A stretch of DNA of 64,000 bases from an uncultured Chloroflexia bacterium (lineage in GTDB: Bacteria; Chloroflexota; Anaerolineae; Aggregatilineales; Phototrophicaceae): assembly GCA_963752305.1 (NCBI GenBank), contig CAVVXQ010000009.1, positions 1,795,759 through 1,859,758 of the forward strand, read 5' to 3'. The notes beneath the pieces were generated by a model. That model did no database searches. It saw only the letters and a list, made by a program, of their open reading frames with translations, and had not been told where the DNA came from. This document shows, in pieces, positions 1-9,644 of this stretch. A program made the translations under genes and the position numbers. Positions within the stretch are counted from its first letter, which is position 1, and every line of letters begins with the position of its first letter.

Positions 1-362
1 TCCGACTCGTCCAGAATGGACTACGAACCATTGGGATGGGCAAGCAAGCAGATGGCTTGCGGGAGTGGTATACGGAACGGTATGGCTCGGCAGATTATAA
101 GGCAGCGAAAGGTGTGATGCGGGAGACATTCGTCAAGGTGGTGAATGAAGACCTGCTCCCCTACGCGGCGCGGGTGAAACCATCAACCCTGTTGTTCTGG
201 GGCGACCAAGATACAGAAACCTCACTTTGGGAGGGTCAACTGCTGGAAAAAACCATCCCGGATGCGGGTCTGGTGGTGTGGGAAGGCGCGGGGCATTACA
301 GCTATCTGGAACGGCTGGCGGACACGGCGCGAACGATAGATTACTTTTTTAAACAATCATAG
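1..362 (+). CDS. Alpha/beta hydrolase, C-terminal part (start lies outside the window)
   Basis: LLFWGDQDT (catalytic Asp region) and GAGHYSYLE (catalytic His region) of alpha/beta hydrolases. Confidence 0.75.
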   Translation, partial: RLVQNGLRTIGMGKQADGLREWYTERYGSADYKAAKGVMRETFVKVVNEDLLPYAARVKPSTLLFWGDQDTETSLWEGQLLEKTIPDAGLVVWEGAGHYSYLERLADTARTIDYFFKQS

Positions 363-411
363 TTACCAGTTAATACAAGGTGACTGAATTCAAGCAAGCG
401 GAAATGACTTC

Positions 412-2058
412 ATGGAATTTCTACTCCTTATCATTCTAATCGTCTGGTTTGTAGGGACGTGCTGGCGAGTGTACCGGCAGGCACGGTTCTACCAGATCGA
501 AGAATACATGAGCCCCCGATACTTGCGATGGTGTCTAGCACGGCGGGAACGATGGCTTCCCAGACGACCTGCTCTGGCGTGGGTCGGTGGGATGGTGGTC
601 GGATTTGTACTGGCAGAAGCACCGGGGAGCATCCTGCTTACGATCATCGGGGTCATCAGCGCGACCATCGGTAGCTGGCCTCCAAACGAAGGTGAGATTA
701 AGAAGCCGTTCCGCCCTACTCCACGCGCGAAACGGTTACTCGGCGGGGCGTATTTCGTAGCGGGACTTATCTTCGTCATTCTGGCACTTATCCTCACCCG
801 CGCAAACTGGCCGGAGATGGGGGTGGTACGATTCGGTGGATATTCGTTCGCAGGGTTACTCCTATTCCTGAGCGCGCCATTGTTCCTGGTAGCAGGGAAT
901 ATCCTGATGACGCCGGTGGAGGCGGTGTTCCGCAGGCGGTTCATCGGGCGGGCGCGAAAGGCGCTGGACGAGGTGCATCCGACAGTGATCGGCATCACAG
1001 GCAGTTACGGCAAAACCAGCACCAAGACGTTCGTGGCACATCTGTTGAACGGGCGGTATCGAGCGTATCCAACCCCTAAAAGCTATAACACGCTGATGGG
1101 GGTGTGTCTGGCGATCAACAACGATCTGGCGGGCGACCACAGCATCGACTACTTCATCTGCGAAATGGGGGCGTATGTTCCCGGCGAAATTCAGGAAATC
1201 GCAGACCTGACTCACCCGACGATCAGTGTGGTAGTGGAGGTCGGGCCACAACACCTGGAACGGTTCGGGACGGTGGAAAATATCGCAACGGCGAAGTACG
1301 AGATCATCAAGGCGCTTCCGGCGGATGGATTGGGCGTGTTCAACTGGGACAACACGTATGTGCGGGAGATGTACGAACGGGGTTATCCACAGAACCGGAT
1401 AGCGGTGAGCCGGGAAATCGACCCGAAGGATGTCCCAGCAGGCGGGCCGAGGCTGGTGGCGTCGGACGTGAGCGAGACACTGGACGGGCTGCACTTCACA
1501 GTGACGGATACAGAAACAGGCGAACAGGAACGGTTTGAGACAGCTTTGCTGGGCATCCACAATGTCACTAACGTGCTGCTGGCGGCAGCGATTGCGATCC
1601 ATGAAGGCATGAACCTGCGCGATGTGGCGCGGCGGGCAAGGACGCTACAACCGGCAGAAAGCCGACTGGTGCGACAGACAACCCCACAGGGAATCACGAT
1701 CATCAACGATGCCTACAGCGCGAATCCGGCGGGGATGGTGAGTTCCCTGCAAACGCTGTCCCTGCATCAGACCGGGCGACGACTGCTCATCACACCGGGG
1801 ATGGTGGAATTGGGCGAGATGATGGAGGCGGAAAACCGACGACTGGGCGAGATGGCGGCGGGACATGCGACGGATGTCATCCTGGTGGGCGCAGGGCAGA
1901 CCGAACCCGTGAAAGCGGGACTGCTGGGCGCGGGATTCCCGGTGGAGCGACTCCAAGTGGTGGAGACGCTGGCGGAATCGGTGGCGTGGTATCAGGCGAA
2001 CTTGAAACCGGGGGATACGGTGCTGTTCCTGAATGACCTCCCAGACACTTATTCGTAA
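412..2058 (+). CDS. murF: UDP-N-acetylmuramoyl-tripeptide--D-Ala-D-Ala ligase with N-terminal transmembrane extension
   Basis: GITGSYGKTSTK P-loop, KSYNT, CEMGA, INDAYSANP, PGMVELG; hydrophobic N-terminal ~170 aa. Confidence 0.9.
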   Translation: MEFLLLIILIVWFVGTCWRVYRQARFYQIEEYMSPRYLRWCLARRERWLPRRPALAWVGGMVVGFVLAEAPGSILLTIIGVISATIGSWPPNEGEIKKPFRPTPRAKRLLGGAYFVAGLIFVILALILTRANWPEMGVVRFGGYSFAGLLLFLSAPLFLVAGNILMTPVEAVFRRRFIGRARKALDEVHPTVIGITGSYGKTSTKTFVAHLLNGRYRAYPTPKSYNTLMGVCLAINNDLAGDHSIDYFICEMGAYVPGEIQEIADLTHPTISVVVEVGPQHLERFGTVENIATAKYEIIKALPADGLGVFNWDNTYVREMYERGYPQNRIAVSREIDPKDVPAGGPRLVASDVSETLDGLHFTVTDTETGEQERFETALLGIHNVTNVLLAAAIAIHEGMNLRDVARRARTLQPAESRLVRQTTPQGITIINDAYSANPAGMVSSLQTLSLHQTGRRLLITPGMVELGEMMEAENRRLGEMAAGHATDVILVGAGQTEPVKAGLLGAGFPVERLQVVETLAESVAWYQANLKPGDTVLFLNDLPDTYS

Positions 2059-2604
2059 ATGCAAAAGCGTAACACAGAGCAACAGAGGGTCAGAGAAACA
2101 GAGAGAGAATTGAGAAAATGTGCAAAATTGTCGCTGTAGTGAACGGCGGGAGTGCGCGAGGCTGGCGCGGGATTGACCTTTTGTGATGGCGAGAATGAGC
2201 GTGGTTCGCGCCACAGCGATCCAATAACGGCGGAAACGTGCCGGACGTCTGCCGCTTTGACAGTGAATTGTGGTTGCGGCGGAAACGGGTGAAGCTGGCG
2301 CTGCGCTCAACGTTCTGAGTGCCGCGTATTGCGTACAAGACAATAGAAAAGACTCAGAATAAGTACGCAATCGAAAGCGCAGAATGGCAAGAAACAGCGG
2401 GAATGGCAGCGACAATACGGGAAACTCCCGCCCCTGCCACCGATTGGTTTCTGCCGCCGCCGCCGCACCGGGCATTCCGGTATCATCGAGACGTGTCCGC
2501 GAAAGACTCAAAGGTATAGACACAAACGGATCGGACATGGGTCACAACACAGCCTCCAATAACCGATACAGTCATTGTACGGGATTTTGCGAGCGAATAG
2601 GTAC

Positions 2605-2624
2605 ACAAATGTGTACACATTTGT
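2605..2624. promoter_or_regulatory. Perfect 20-bp palindrome ACAAATGTGTACACATTTGT, candidate operator
   Basis: Exact inverted repeat in a ~900-bp intergenic region, overlapping GTACAC-N4-GTGTAC at 2601-2616. Confidence 0.45.
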
Positions 2625-2787
2625 TTCGATTTTGAGGGGAAAAATGGGCAGTTTCCAGATTCCAGTTGCCCGTTACCAGAAAAAGAGAAGGCAAAACTTA
2701 ACGCAAAGGTGCAGAGGGGGAGCAGATCAAAAGCGTAACGCAGAGATTCAGAGAGACAGAGCAACAGAGGGTAGAAGAGTTGAATTC

Positions 2788-2813
2788 GGGACGACACACA
2801 GGTCGTCCCCTAC
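2788..2813 (-). repeat. GTAG-type REP-like palindrome
   Basis: gggacgac-acacag-gtcgtccc followed by CTAC (GTAG on the minus strand). Confidence 0.6.
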
Positions 2814-2965
2814 AAAATGCGTCATTTCGTGCGTGGGTTAAGGAATTGGGTTACATCAGCCTCAACGCTGAAATACAAATGGTTCGGGGCGGTCAGGACG
2901 GATGCAACGCTGATGGGTAAAATCTGACTGACAGCAGTGAATGTGTTTCTTACGAAGGATATGAT

Positions 2966-3805
2966 ATGAAAAAGATAGTTGTCACCGGGGGAAGTGGGAA
3001 AGCTGGCCGCGCGGTGGTGCGGGATTTAGTCGATCATGGGTACGAGGTGCTGAACGTGGATGTCGCGCCACCGAAGGAGTCTATTTCCCCATTCCTGCGG
3101 GCGGACATCACCAACCTGGGTGAGACGTATGAAGTGCTAGCCGGGGCAGAGGCGGTGGTGCATCTGGCGGCGATCCCCGCGCCAGGACGCGAGACGGAAG
3201 AAGTCACCTTCCGCACCAACATCACCAGCACCTATAACGTGTTCGCGGCGGCCATCGCGCTGGGGTTGCAGCGAATTGTATGGGCTTCAAGCGAGACGAC
3301 ATTGGGGCTCCCCTTTGACCGGGAAAAACCAGCGTATGCGCCTATTGATGAAGACCATCCGCTTTATCCCGAATCGAGCTATGCGCTGTCGAAGGTGCTG
3401 ATGGAGGAAATGGCGCGGCAGATGAACCGATGGAGCGGGATACCGATTATCGGACTGCGATTCTCGAACATCATGGAACCGCATGACTACCAACGGTTTC
3501 CGGGGTTCTGGAAGGACGCAACACTGCGCAAGTGGAATTTGTGGGGGTATGTGGATGCGCGGGATGTGGCGCAAAGCTGCCGACTGGGATTGGAGGCGGA
3601 TATTCAGGGCGCGGAAAATTTCATCATCGCGGCGGGGGATACGGTGATGAACCGGACGAACCGGGAATTGATGGCGGAAGTGTTCCCCGGCGTGCCATTG
3701 AGAGAGGATGTTGGGGATTTTGATACATTGTTGAGTGTGGACAAGGCGCGGAAGCTGCTGGGGTACGCGCCGCAATATTCGTGGCGGGCACAGGTGAGGG
3801 CGTAA
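2966..3805 (+). CDS. NAD-dependent epimerase/dehydratase (extended SDR)
   Basis: VTGGSGKAG Rossmann motif, VHLAA, YALSK. Confidence 0.88.
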   Translation: MKKIVVTGGSGKAGRAVVRDLVDHGYEVLNVDVAPPKESISPFLRADITNLGETYEVLAGAEAVVHLAAIPAPGRETEEVTFRTNITSTYNVFAAAIALGLQRIVWASSETTLGLPFDREKPAYAPIDEDHPLYPESSYALSKVLMEEMARQMNRWSGIPIIGLRFSNIMEPHDYQRFPGFWKDATLRKWNLWGYVDARDVAQSCRLGLEADIQGAENFIIAAGDTVMNRTNRELMAEVFPGVPLREDVGDFDTLLSVDKARKLLGYAPQYSWRAQVRA

Positions 3806-3929
3806 ATATTACTTACCCCTAACCCCCCGCCCCCTTCCCCCGCAAGCGATGGAAGGGGGAGAAAGACACGCCAATGGTGAACCAAACGCCTTCGTCAAAG
3901 TTTTAAACATTGATGCAATAGGTGTAATT

Positions 3930-3953
3930 GGACAGGGCAAGCCCTGTCCCTAC
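3930..3953 (-). repeat. GTAG-type REP-like palindrome
   Basis: ggacagggcaagccctgtccCTAC; near-identical to copies at 4614 and 15669. Confidence 0.7.
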
Positions 3954-3982
3954 GAAAGAGCGCACATCGCTCACACGCAAAT

Positions 3983-4486
3983 ATGGACATTAGTCAATCT
4001 GCCCTGCTGATTATTGGAACGGTGATGATGGTGGTGGCGCTGGTGGTGGCGTTCATCCCGATTCTGCCGGGGACGGTGATTGTGTGGCTGGCGGCGATGG
4101 CGTTCGGCATCCTCGACCAGTGGACACGATTCACGCCCCCCGCCGGGGTGGTGAGTACGGCGATTATGATCTTCAGCGTGACCAGCGATTTCTGGCTGCC
4201 GGTGCTGGGCATGAAAACGGGCGGGCTGACGTGCCTGGGGGCGGTTGGCAGCTTCGTCGGCGGGGTGATCGGCACATTCTTCATCCCCCTACCCATCTGT
4301 GGGACGCTGATCGGCGCGGTGGCCGGGGCGCTGCTGGCAGAACTGGTACACTTCCGTGACTTACGCAAGGCGTTCCAGGGGGGACAATCTGCCGCGAAGT
4401 TGTTCGCCATCGGATATGCGGTGGAGGTCATCAGCAGCATCGGCGTGTTTGTGGTGTACATCGTGAGCGTCAGTACGATGGGATAG
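3983..4486 (+). CDS. DUF456-like membrane protein
   Basis: IPILPG motif, Gly-rich hydrophobic helices, GA.LAE motif. Confidence 0.7.
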   Translation: MDISQSALLIIGTVMMVVALVVAFIPILPGTVIVWLAAMAFGILDQWTRFTPPAGVVSTAIMIFSVTSDFWLPVLGMKTGGLTCLGAVGSFVGGVIGTFFIPLPICGTLIGAVAGALLAELVHFRDLRKAFQGGQSAAKLFAIGYAVEVISSIGVFVVYIVSVSTMG

Positions 4487-4613
4487 CGGAGGAGCTTTCA
4501 GCCGTCAGCAATCAGCAAATAGCAATATCCTTTGACCCCGTCGCCAAAACCCATAACCCTGCGTGTAATCACCAAAATCGGGAAGTATTCATCGAATCGG
4601 ATATGATGGTAAC

Positions 4614-4637
4614 GGACAAGGCAAGCCTTGCCCCTAC
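4614..4637 (-). repeat. GTAG-type REP-like palindrome
   Basis: ggacaaggcaagccttgcccCTAC. Confidence 0.7.
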
Positions 4638-4723
4638 GATTCATGTTCGTGGGTGGGCGGGGGGATGGATGCGGCGTATAATTCGTGTCCAGTGGAAAAT
4701 TACGCAGTATTTCGGGGGTGGAT

Positions 4724-5692
4724 ATGCGGGCAGTAGTGATCGGCGGCAGCGGCCACATCGGCACGTATCTTGTACCACGACTGGTTGAAGCCGGATACGA
4801 GGTCATCAACATCACACGGGGGCAACGCGAACCCTACCTGCCCCACGCGGCCTGGAAATCGGTACGACAGGTGGTGGCTGACCGGAAAACCGAGGACGAG
4901 GAAGGCATATTCGGCAAGCGAATACTCGGCCTGCTGCCGGATGTGGTGATTGATTTAATCTGCTTCACGCCGGAGAGTGCCAAGCTGCTGGTGAAAGCAC
5001 TGACCGGACATGTTGACCACTTCCTGCACTGCGGGACAATCTGGGTATACGGTCACAGCACACAAGTCCCGGCCAGCGAAACTCAACCACGTCATCCGTT
5101 TGGGGAGTATGGCATCAACAAAGCAGCGATTGAAACCCTGCTGATGGATCAAGCGCGGCGGTTAGGCTTCCCGGCAACCGTGTTACATGCGGGGCACATC
5201 GTCGGGCCGGGGCATAATCCGCTCAATCCACAGGGGAATTTCAACCCAAAGGTATTTGACATGCTGGCGCGCGGCGAAGAATTGACGCTGCCGAATCTGG
5301 GACTGGAAACGGTACATCATGTCCACGCAGATGATGTGGCGCAGGGATTCATGAAGGCCATCGCCAACTGGAGTACGAGCATTGGGCAGAGTTTCCATGT
5401 GGTGAGTCCGGCAGCAATCACACTGCGGGGTTATGCTGAGGCGGTGGCGATGTGGTTCGGGCAGGAAGCCAACCTCAAACTGCTGTCGTGGGATGAATAT
5501 GCGAAAACGGTGTCCGAAAAGGACGCGCAGGCAACATGGGAACACATTTCACGCAGTCCGAATGCCAGCATCGCCAAAGCACAACGCCTGCTGGATTACC
5601 AGCCGCGCTACACTTCCCTGCAAGCCGTCTATGAGGCGCTGACGTGGATGATCGAGCATCAAGTGGTGGATGTGCCCCCACTCGGACATTGA
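4724..5692 (+). CDS. NAD-dependent epimerase/dehydratase family protein
   Basis: IGGSGHIG, YGINK; start placed at ATG 4724 (MRAVVIGG). Confidence 0.85.
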   Translation: MRAVVIGGSGHIGTYLVPRLVEAGYEVINITRGQREPYLPHAAWKSVRQVVADRKTEDEEGIFGKRILGLLPDVVIDLICFTPESAKLLVKALTGHVDHFLHCGTIWVYGHSTQVPASETQPRHPFGEYGINKAAIETLLMDQARRLGFPATVLHAGHIVGPGHNPLNPQGNFNPKVFDMLARGEELTLPNLGLETVHHVHADDVAQGFMKAIANWSTSIGQSFHVVSPAAITLRGYAEAVAMWFGQEANLKLLSWDEYAKTVSEKDAQATWEHISRSPNASIAKAQRLLDYQPRYTSLQAVYEALTWMIEHQVVDVPPLGH

Positions 5693-5755
5693 CAAGTGTC
5701 CAATCTATGAGCATAGTAGCGGGGAATTGGACGAACTACGCGGGGAGGAAACCCC

Positions 5756-6979
5756 ATGAGCGCAAAACGTAAAACGACTGTCGGCGTGATCTTCGGCGGG
5801 CGGAGTGTCGAACATGACGTGTCGATCATCACCGGCCACCAGGTCATGCGGGCATTTGACCCGGAACGGTACGAGGTTGTGCCGATTTATATTGACCGGG
5901 ATGGCAAATGGTTTACCGGCGACCCACTGCTAGATTTGAAGAATTTCCAAAACGAGGTCGTCAGCCTGAAGGGTGTAGACAGCGCGATCATCTCACCCAG
6001 CATTCAACATCACGGATTGATTGTGAACCCGGTATCCGGGCGGCTGGAAAAGAGCGAAATCCGGCGGCTGGACGTGGTCTTCCCGGCGATACACGGTTCG
6101 CACGGTGAGGACGGGACGCTGCAAGGGCTGCTAGAACTGGCGGACATCGCTTACGTGGGCTGCGGGGTGCTGGCGTCGGCTATCGCCAACGATAAGATTA
6201 TGAGCAAAATCCTGTTGAGCCAACAGGGAATTCCGGTAGCCGAAGGGGTATCCTTCAGTCGGAGTGAATGGCTGCAAGCACCGGACAAAGTGGTCAGCCA
6301 CATCACCCACCAACTCCAGTACCCGATGTTCGTCAAACCAGCACGGTTGGGTTCCAGCATCGGAATCGCAAAAGTGACCGACGAAAAAATGTTGTATGCC
6401 CACATGGAAATCGCACTTGACCTCGACCAGTTCATCCTGGTTGAAGCAGGGGTTGAAGGGGCTACCGAAATTAACTGCGCAGTCATGGGGAACGGGGATA
6501 ATATCCGCACATCGGTGCTGGAACAACCAATTTCACTCGAACAATTTCTGACCTACGAAGAAAAATACATGCGCGGCGGGGAAGGTATGAAAAGCGCGGA
6601 ACGCATTATCCCCGCGCCCCTCAGCTCCGAACTGACCGAACACATTAAAGCAGTCGCTATCCAGGCGTTCCGGGCGATTGGTGGACGCGGCACAGCACGA
6701 ATCGACTTCCTGATCAAGCCGGACGCGGGCGAAATATATCTCAACGAACTGAACACCATGCCGGGATCGCTGGCATTTTACCTGTGGCAGGAAGATGGGT
6801 TGTCCCCGCGCGAGGTCGTCCACCAATTGGTCGAACTGGCGCAAGAAGCACAGGCCGATAAACGCCTGAGTACCTATAATTATCAGACAAATCTGGTGGC
6901 ACTGACGGCGGCACGGGGACTCAAGGGCGTCAAAGGTTCAAAAAGCCATACTGTAACCGAATCCAAACCAGAAAATTAG
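5756..6979 (+). CDS. ddl: D-alanine--D-alanine ligase
   Basis: FGGRSVEHDVS, HGSHGEDGTLQG, KPARLGSSIGI, YEEKY, NELNTMPG. Confidence 0.92.
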   Translation: MSAKRKTTVGVIFGGRSVEHDVSIITGHQVMRAFDPERYEVVPIYIDRDGKWFTGDPLLDLKNFQNEVVSLKGVDSAIISPSIQHHGLIVNPVSGRLEKSEIRRLDVVFPAIHGSHGEDGTLQGLLELADIAYVGCGVLASAIANDKIMSKILLSQQGIPVAEGVSFSRSEWLQAPDKVVSHITHQLQYPMFVKPARLGSSIGIAKVTDEKMLYAHMEIALDLDQFILVEAGVEGATEINCAVMGNGDNIRTSVLEQPISLEQFLTYEEKYMRGGEGMKSAERIIPAPLSSELTEHIKAVAIQAFRAIGGRGTARIDFLIKPDAGEIYLNELNTMPGSLAFYLWQEDGLSPREVVHQLVELAQEAQADKRLSTYNYQTNLVALTAARGLKGVKGSKSHTVTESKPEN

Positions 6980-7073
6980 CGGGGATTGGCAGAGGCTACT
7001 ACAATAAGAAAATGTGTCTATTCCTGGGGCGGGATTTAAACTCGCTTGTCCAAGCGCGCATGGGAGAAACGCA

Positions 7074-8609
7074 GTGACCTTACGCCTACGCAATCTACTG
7101 ATCGTCGTGTCCATAATCGTCATGGTTTCTGCGTGCAGTGGGACACCTACGCCGACAGTGGTCGTGTTTGTGCCAACGGCAACCGAGGGCGCAAGAGTGC
7201 CCACCCGGATGCCAACCAATACGCCAATTCCAAGCACAAGTACCCCCACACCGACGTTGACACCCACCTTCGCTACGCCGGTTGTGCAGCCCATCCGCAG
7301 CATATCGGTTCGGGGCGGGCCAAGTTCCAGTTATCCGGTTATTGCGAATCTTGATCCCAGCCAACAGGTCGGGATTACGGGTGTCAGTGATGATGGCATC
7401 TGGTATCAGATATTGCTGCCGGACGGCACACTCGGATGGATTACCTCAACGTCGGCTATGGTGAATGCGTTCGGCGACCTAGCGAGTATTCCGGTTGCAC
7501 TTGCACCAACAGACACGCCGACTTTTACACCCACCTTCACGCCCACCGATACGGACACACCGACAGCGACCCCCACCGATACGCCCACCGCGACATTTAC
7601 CGTGACGGCGACAGCAACAGAGACGGATACGCCTACCCCACGCCCGACCTTCACGCTGATTCCATCGCCTACGGTTGGGCCGCCCAGCTACGTGGCAAAT
7701 GCACTGACCGAGATCGGGATTGCTACCGACAGTGGGGTTATGGCCGAACAACGGAGCCAGTATGTGCTCGACCTGACCGGCGAGGACAATACCGTTAGCT
7801 GGTGGAATTTTGATGAGCAATATACCGATTTTGTCCTGGGCGCAACCTTCCAATGGGGACCGGGCGCAACTGAAGATTTCTGCGGATTTACGTTCCGGGA
7901 ACAGGTTGACAACAACGACACGAATACACTGTACGCGATCCACTTGAGCCGCGATGGGTATCTGTGGTTTAACACACTGACCGACAGTGAATGGGGTGAT
8001 GAGGTTGATGGGAACGCCGAGTTCATGAACCTGGGATCGAATGACACCAATGAAATTATTCTGGTGGCAGTGGGTGATACCTTCTCCATGTATGTAAATG
8101 GACATTATTCGGCACAATTCAAAGATGACACACTGGTTCAGGGTTTGCTGGGACTGATGGGCGGCACGTATGAAGCCAGCGACGCGACTAGCTGCACATT
8201 CACCAATGCGTTTGTTTTTGACCTGAACCCCGGTACTACTCCGAATCCAGCGCCAACACCCGTCATCACCACGCAGAGCGGCAGCCTGGGTTATGGGGAT
8301 TCGGTGACAGGAACCATTGATGACAACACGCCGAGCGTGGCATACAGCTTTGAGGCTTCGGCGGGTGATGTGGTGAATATCCACATGTATGGCGAAACGG
8401 GTGATCTCGATCCACTGGTGATTGTACTGGACGCCAATGGGAATGAGGTCGGGCACAACGACGATGCTCCAGGACAGACGACACGAGACTCGGCCATTGA
8501 AGGGCTGACCATTCCGGCAGATGGAACCTATACCATCGTTGCTACACGGTATCAAGGTGATGTGGGTTTAACTAGCGGGGCTTTTACGCTGGAATTGACC
8601 AGTCAATAA
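7074..8609 (+). CDS. Lipoprotein with Thr/Pro linkers, SH3-like domain, beta-sandwich and PPC-type C-terminal domain
   Basis: Lipobox VSAC, VRGGP..YPVI/WYQI...GW SH3 motif, DLDPLVIVLD...NDD...GTYTIVA PPC motif; GTG start after GGAG. Confidence 0.7.
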   Translation: MTLRLRNLLIVVSIIVMVSACSGTPTPTVVVFVPTATEGARVPTRMPTNTPIPSTSTPTPTLTPTFATPVVQPIRSISVRGGPSSSYPVIANLDPSQQVGITGVSDDGIWYQILLPDGTLGWITSTSAMVNAFGDLASIPVALAPTDTPTFTPTFTPTDTDTPTATPTDTPTATFTVTATATETDTPTPRPTFTLIPSPTVGPPSYVANALTEIGIATDSGVMAEQRSQYVLDLTGEDNTVSWWNFDEQYTDFVLGATFQWGPGATEDFCGFTFREQVDNNDTNTLYAIHLSRDGYLWFNTLTDSEWGDEVDGNAEFMNLGSNDTNEIILVAVGDTFSMYVNGHYSAQFKDDTLVQGLLGLMGGTYEASDATSCTFTNAFVFDLNPGTTPNPAPTPVITTQSGSLGYGDSVTGTIDDNTPSVAYSFEASAGDVVNIHMYGETGDLDPLVIVLDANGNEVGHNDDAPGQTTRDSAIEGLTIPADGTYTIVATRYQGDVGLTSGAFTLELTSQ

Positions 8610-8625
8610 GCGACGGAACAAGAAG

Positions 8626-8650
8626 GGGTAAGCAGTTAAAACTTGCCCCC
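8626..8650. terminator. Hairpin between convergent genes
   Basis: ggggtaag...cttgcccc stem. Confidence 0.4.
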
Positions 8651-8697
8651 AGGTCATTCTGCCACGAGAGGGTTGTCGTGCGGGATGAGGCTGGTTG

Positions 8698-9405
8698 TTA
8701 ACGCCCGACCTGGCCTACGAAGCGATAACCAATGCCATACTCATTTTGAATATAGGTCGGTACTTTAGCATCCGGCTCGATCTTACGACGCAGATGTGAA
8801 ACGTAGATGCGTGGATAGTGATTTTCTACCGTATATTCCTCACCCCACACCTGTTCAAGTAACTGCTGGAAGGTCATGACACGACCCGGATTCTTGATGA
8901 AGGTTGCCAGCAGCTTAAATTCGGTTGGCGTGAGGCGGATTTCTTCACCCGCAACGAACACATGGCGTTTTCCAAGATCGACAGTTAAATAGTCGTCGTT
9001 ATAACCGCTGAGTTGACCTTTGCTGTCCACGTCCACCGGCCTCGCGCGGCGGAGGAGCGCCTTGACGCGGGCATGAAACTCGATGTTGCGCAACGGTTTG
9101 AGCATAAACTCGTCCGCACCGAGATTCAGCCCTTCGGCTATTTCCTCTTCAGAGACGGCATGGGCGGTCATCATTAAAATCGGCACATCGGATAATTCGC
9201 GGATACGCTGGCAAACGGTTATGCCATCCATCAAGGGTAAACCAACATCGAGAACTACCAAATCCGGCTTTAAATCGTGGAACAGACGAAGCCCTTCCAA
9301 ACCATTGCTGGCAGTTGCCGCTTCATAACCATTACGCTGCAAGTCTAGCTGAAGCAGGCGAGACATTTCTTTATCATCTTCAACAATTAAAATACACGTT
9401 GCCAT
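8698..9405 (-). CDS. OmpR/PhoB-family response regulator (no adjacent kinase)
   Basis: ILIVEDD, VLDVGLP, KP receiver motifs; LTPTEFKLL...LRRKIE...GIGYRF winged helix. Confidence 0.92.
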   Translation of the reverse strand: MATCILIVEDDKEMSRLLQLDLQRNGYEAATASNGLEGLRLFHDLKPDLVVLDVGLPLMDGITVCQRIRELSDVPILMMTAHAVSEEEIAEGLNLGADEFMLKPLRNIEFHARVKALLRRARPVDVDSKGQLSGYNDDYLTVDLGKRHVFVAGEEIRLTPTEFKLLATFIKNPGRVMTFQQLLEQVWGEEYTVENHYPRIYVSHLRRKIEPDAKVPTYIQNEYGIGYRFVGQVGR

Positions 9406-9644
9406 ACTGAACCATTTTGGGTATGAAAGTATAAAAAAGTTGTAAACATTGTACCACGATATGGACTCCGGTCATACTCATGCTGGTCGTGCTGCCTGAG
9501 TGTCCCAGATATTCACAGGGGGGTCGTACCCCTGCGGGAAATATCCGACAAAAACCTTCCCGCCCACCTCATTTTGCGCATTGGGCGCGCCACGCGGTTG
9601 TGTTATGCTAGTCACGCTTTTGTGTATCAATAATCGAGATCATC

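Noticed and set aside
1645-2538. 297-aa minus-strand ORF
   Set aside because: Largely antisense to murF, atypical composition, no motifs.
7479-8555. Long antisense ORFs (also 23624-24625, 48462-49223, 49427-50134)
   Set aside because: Shadow frames of well-supported genes on the opposite strand.
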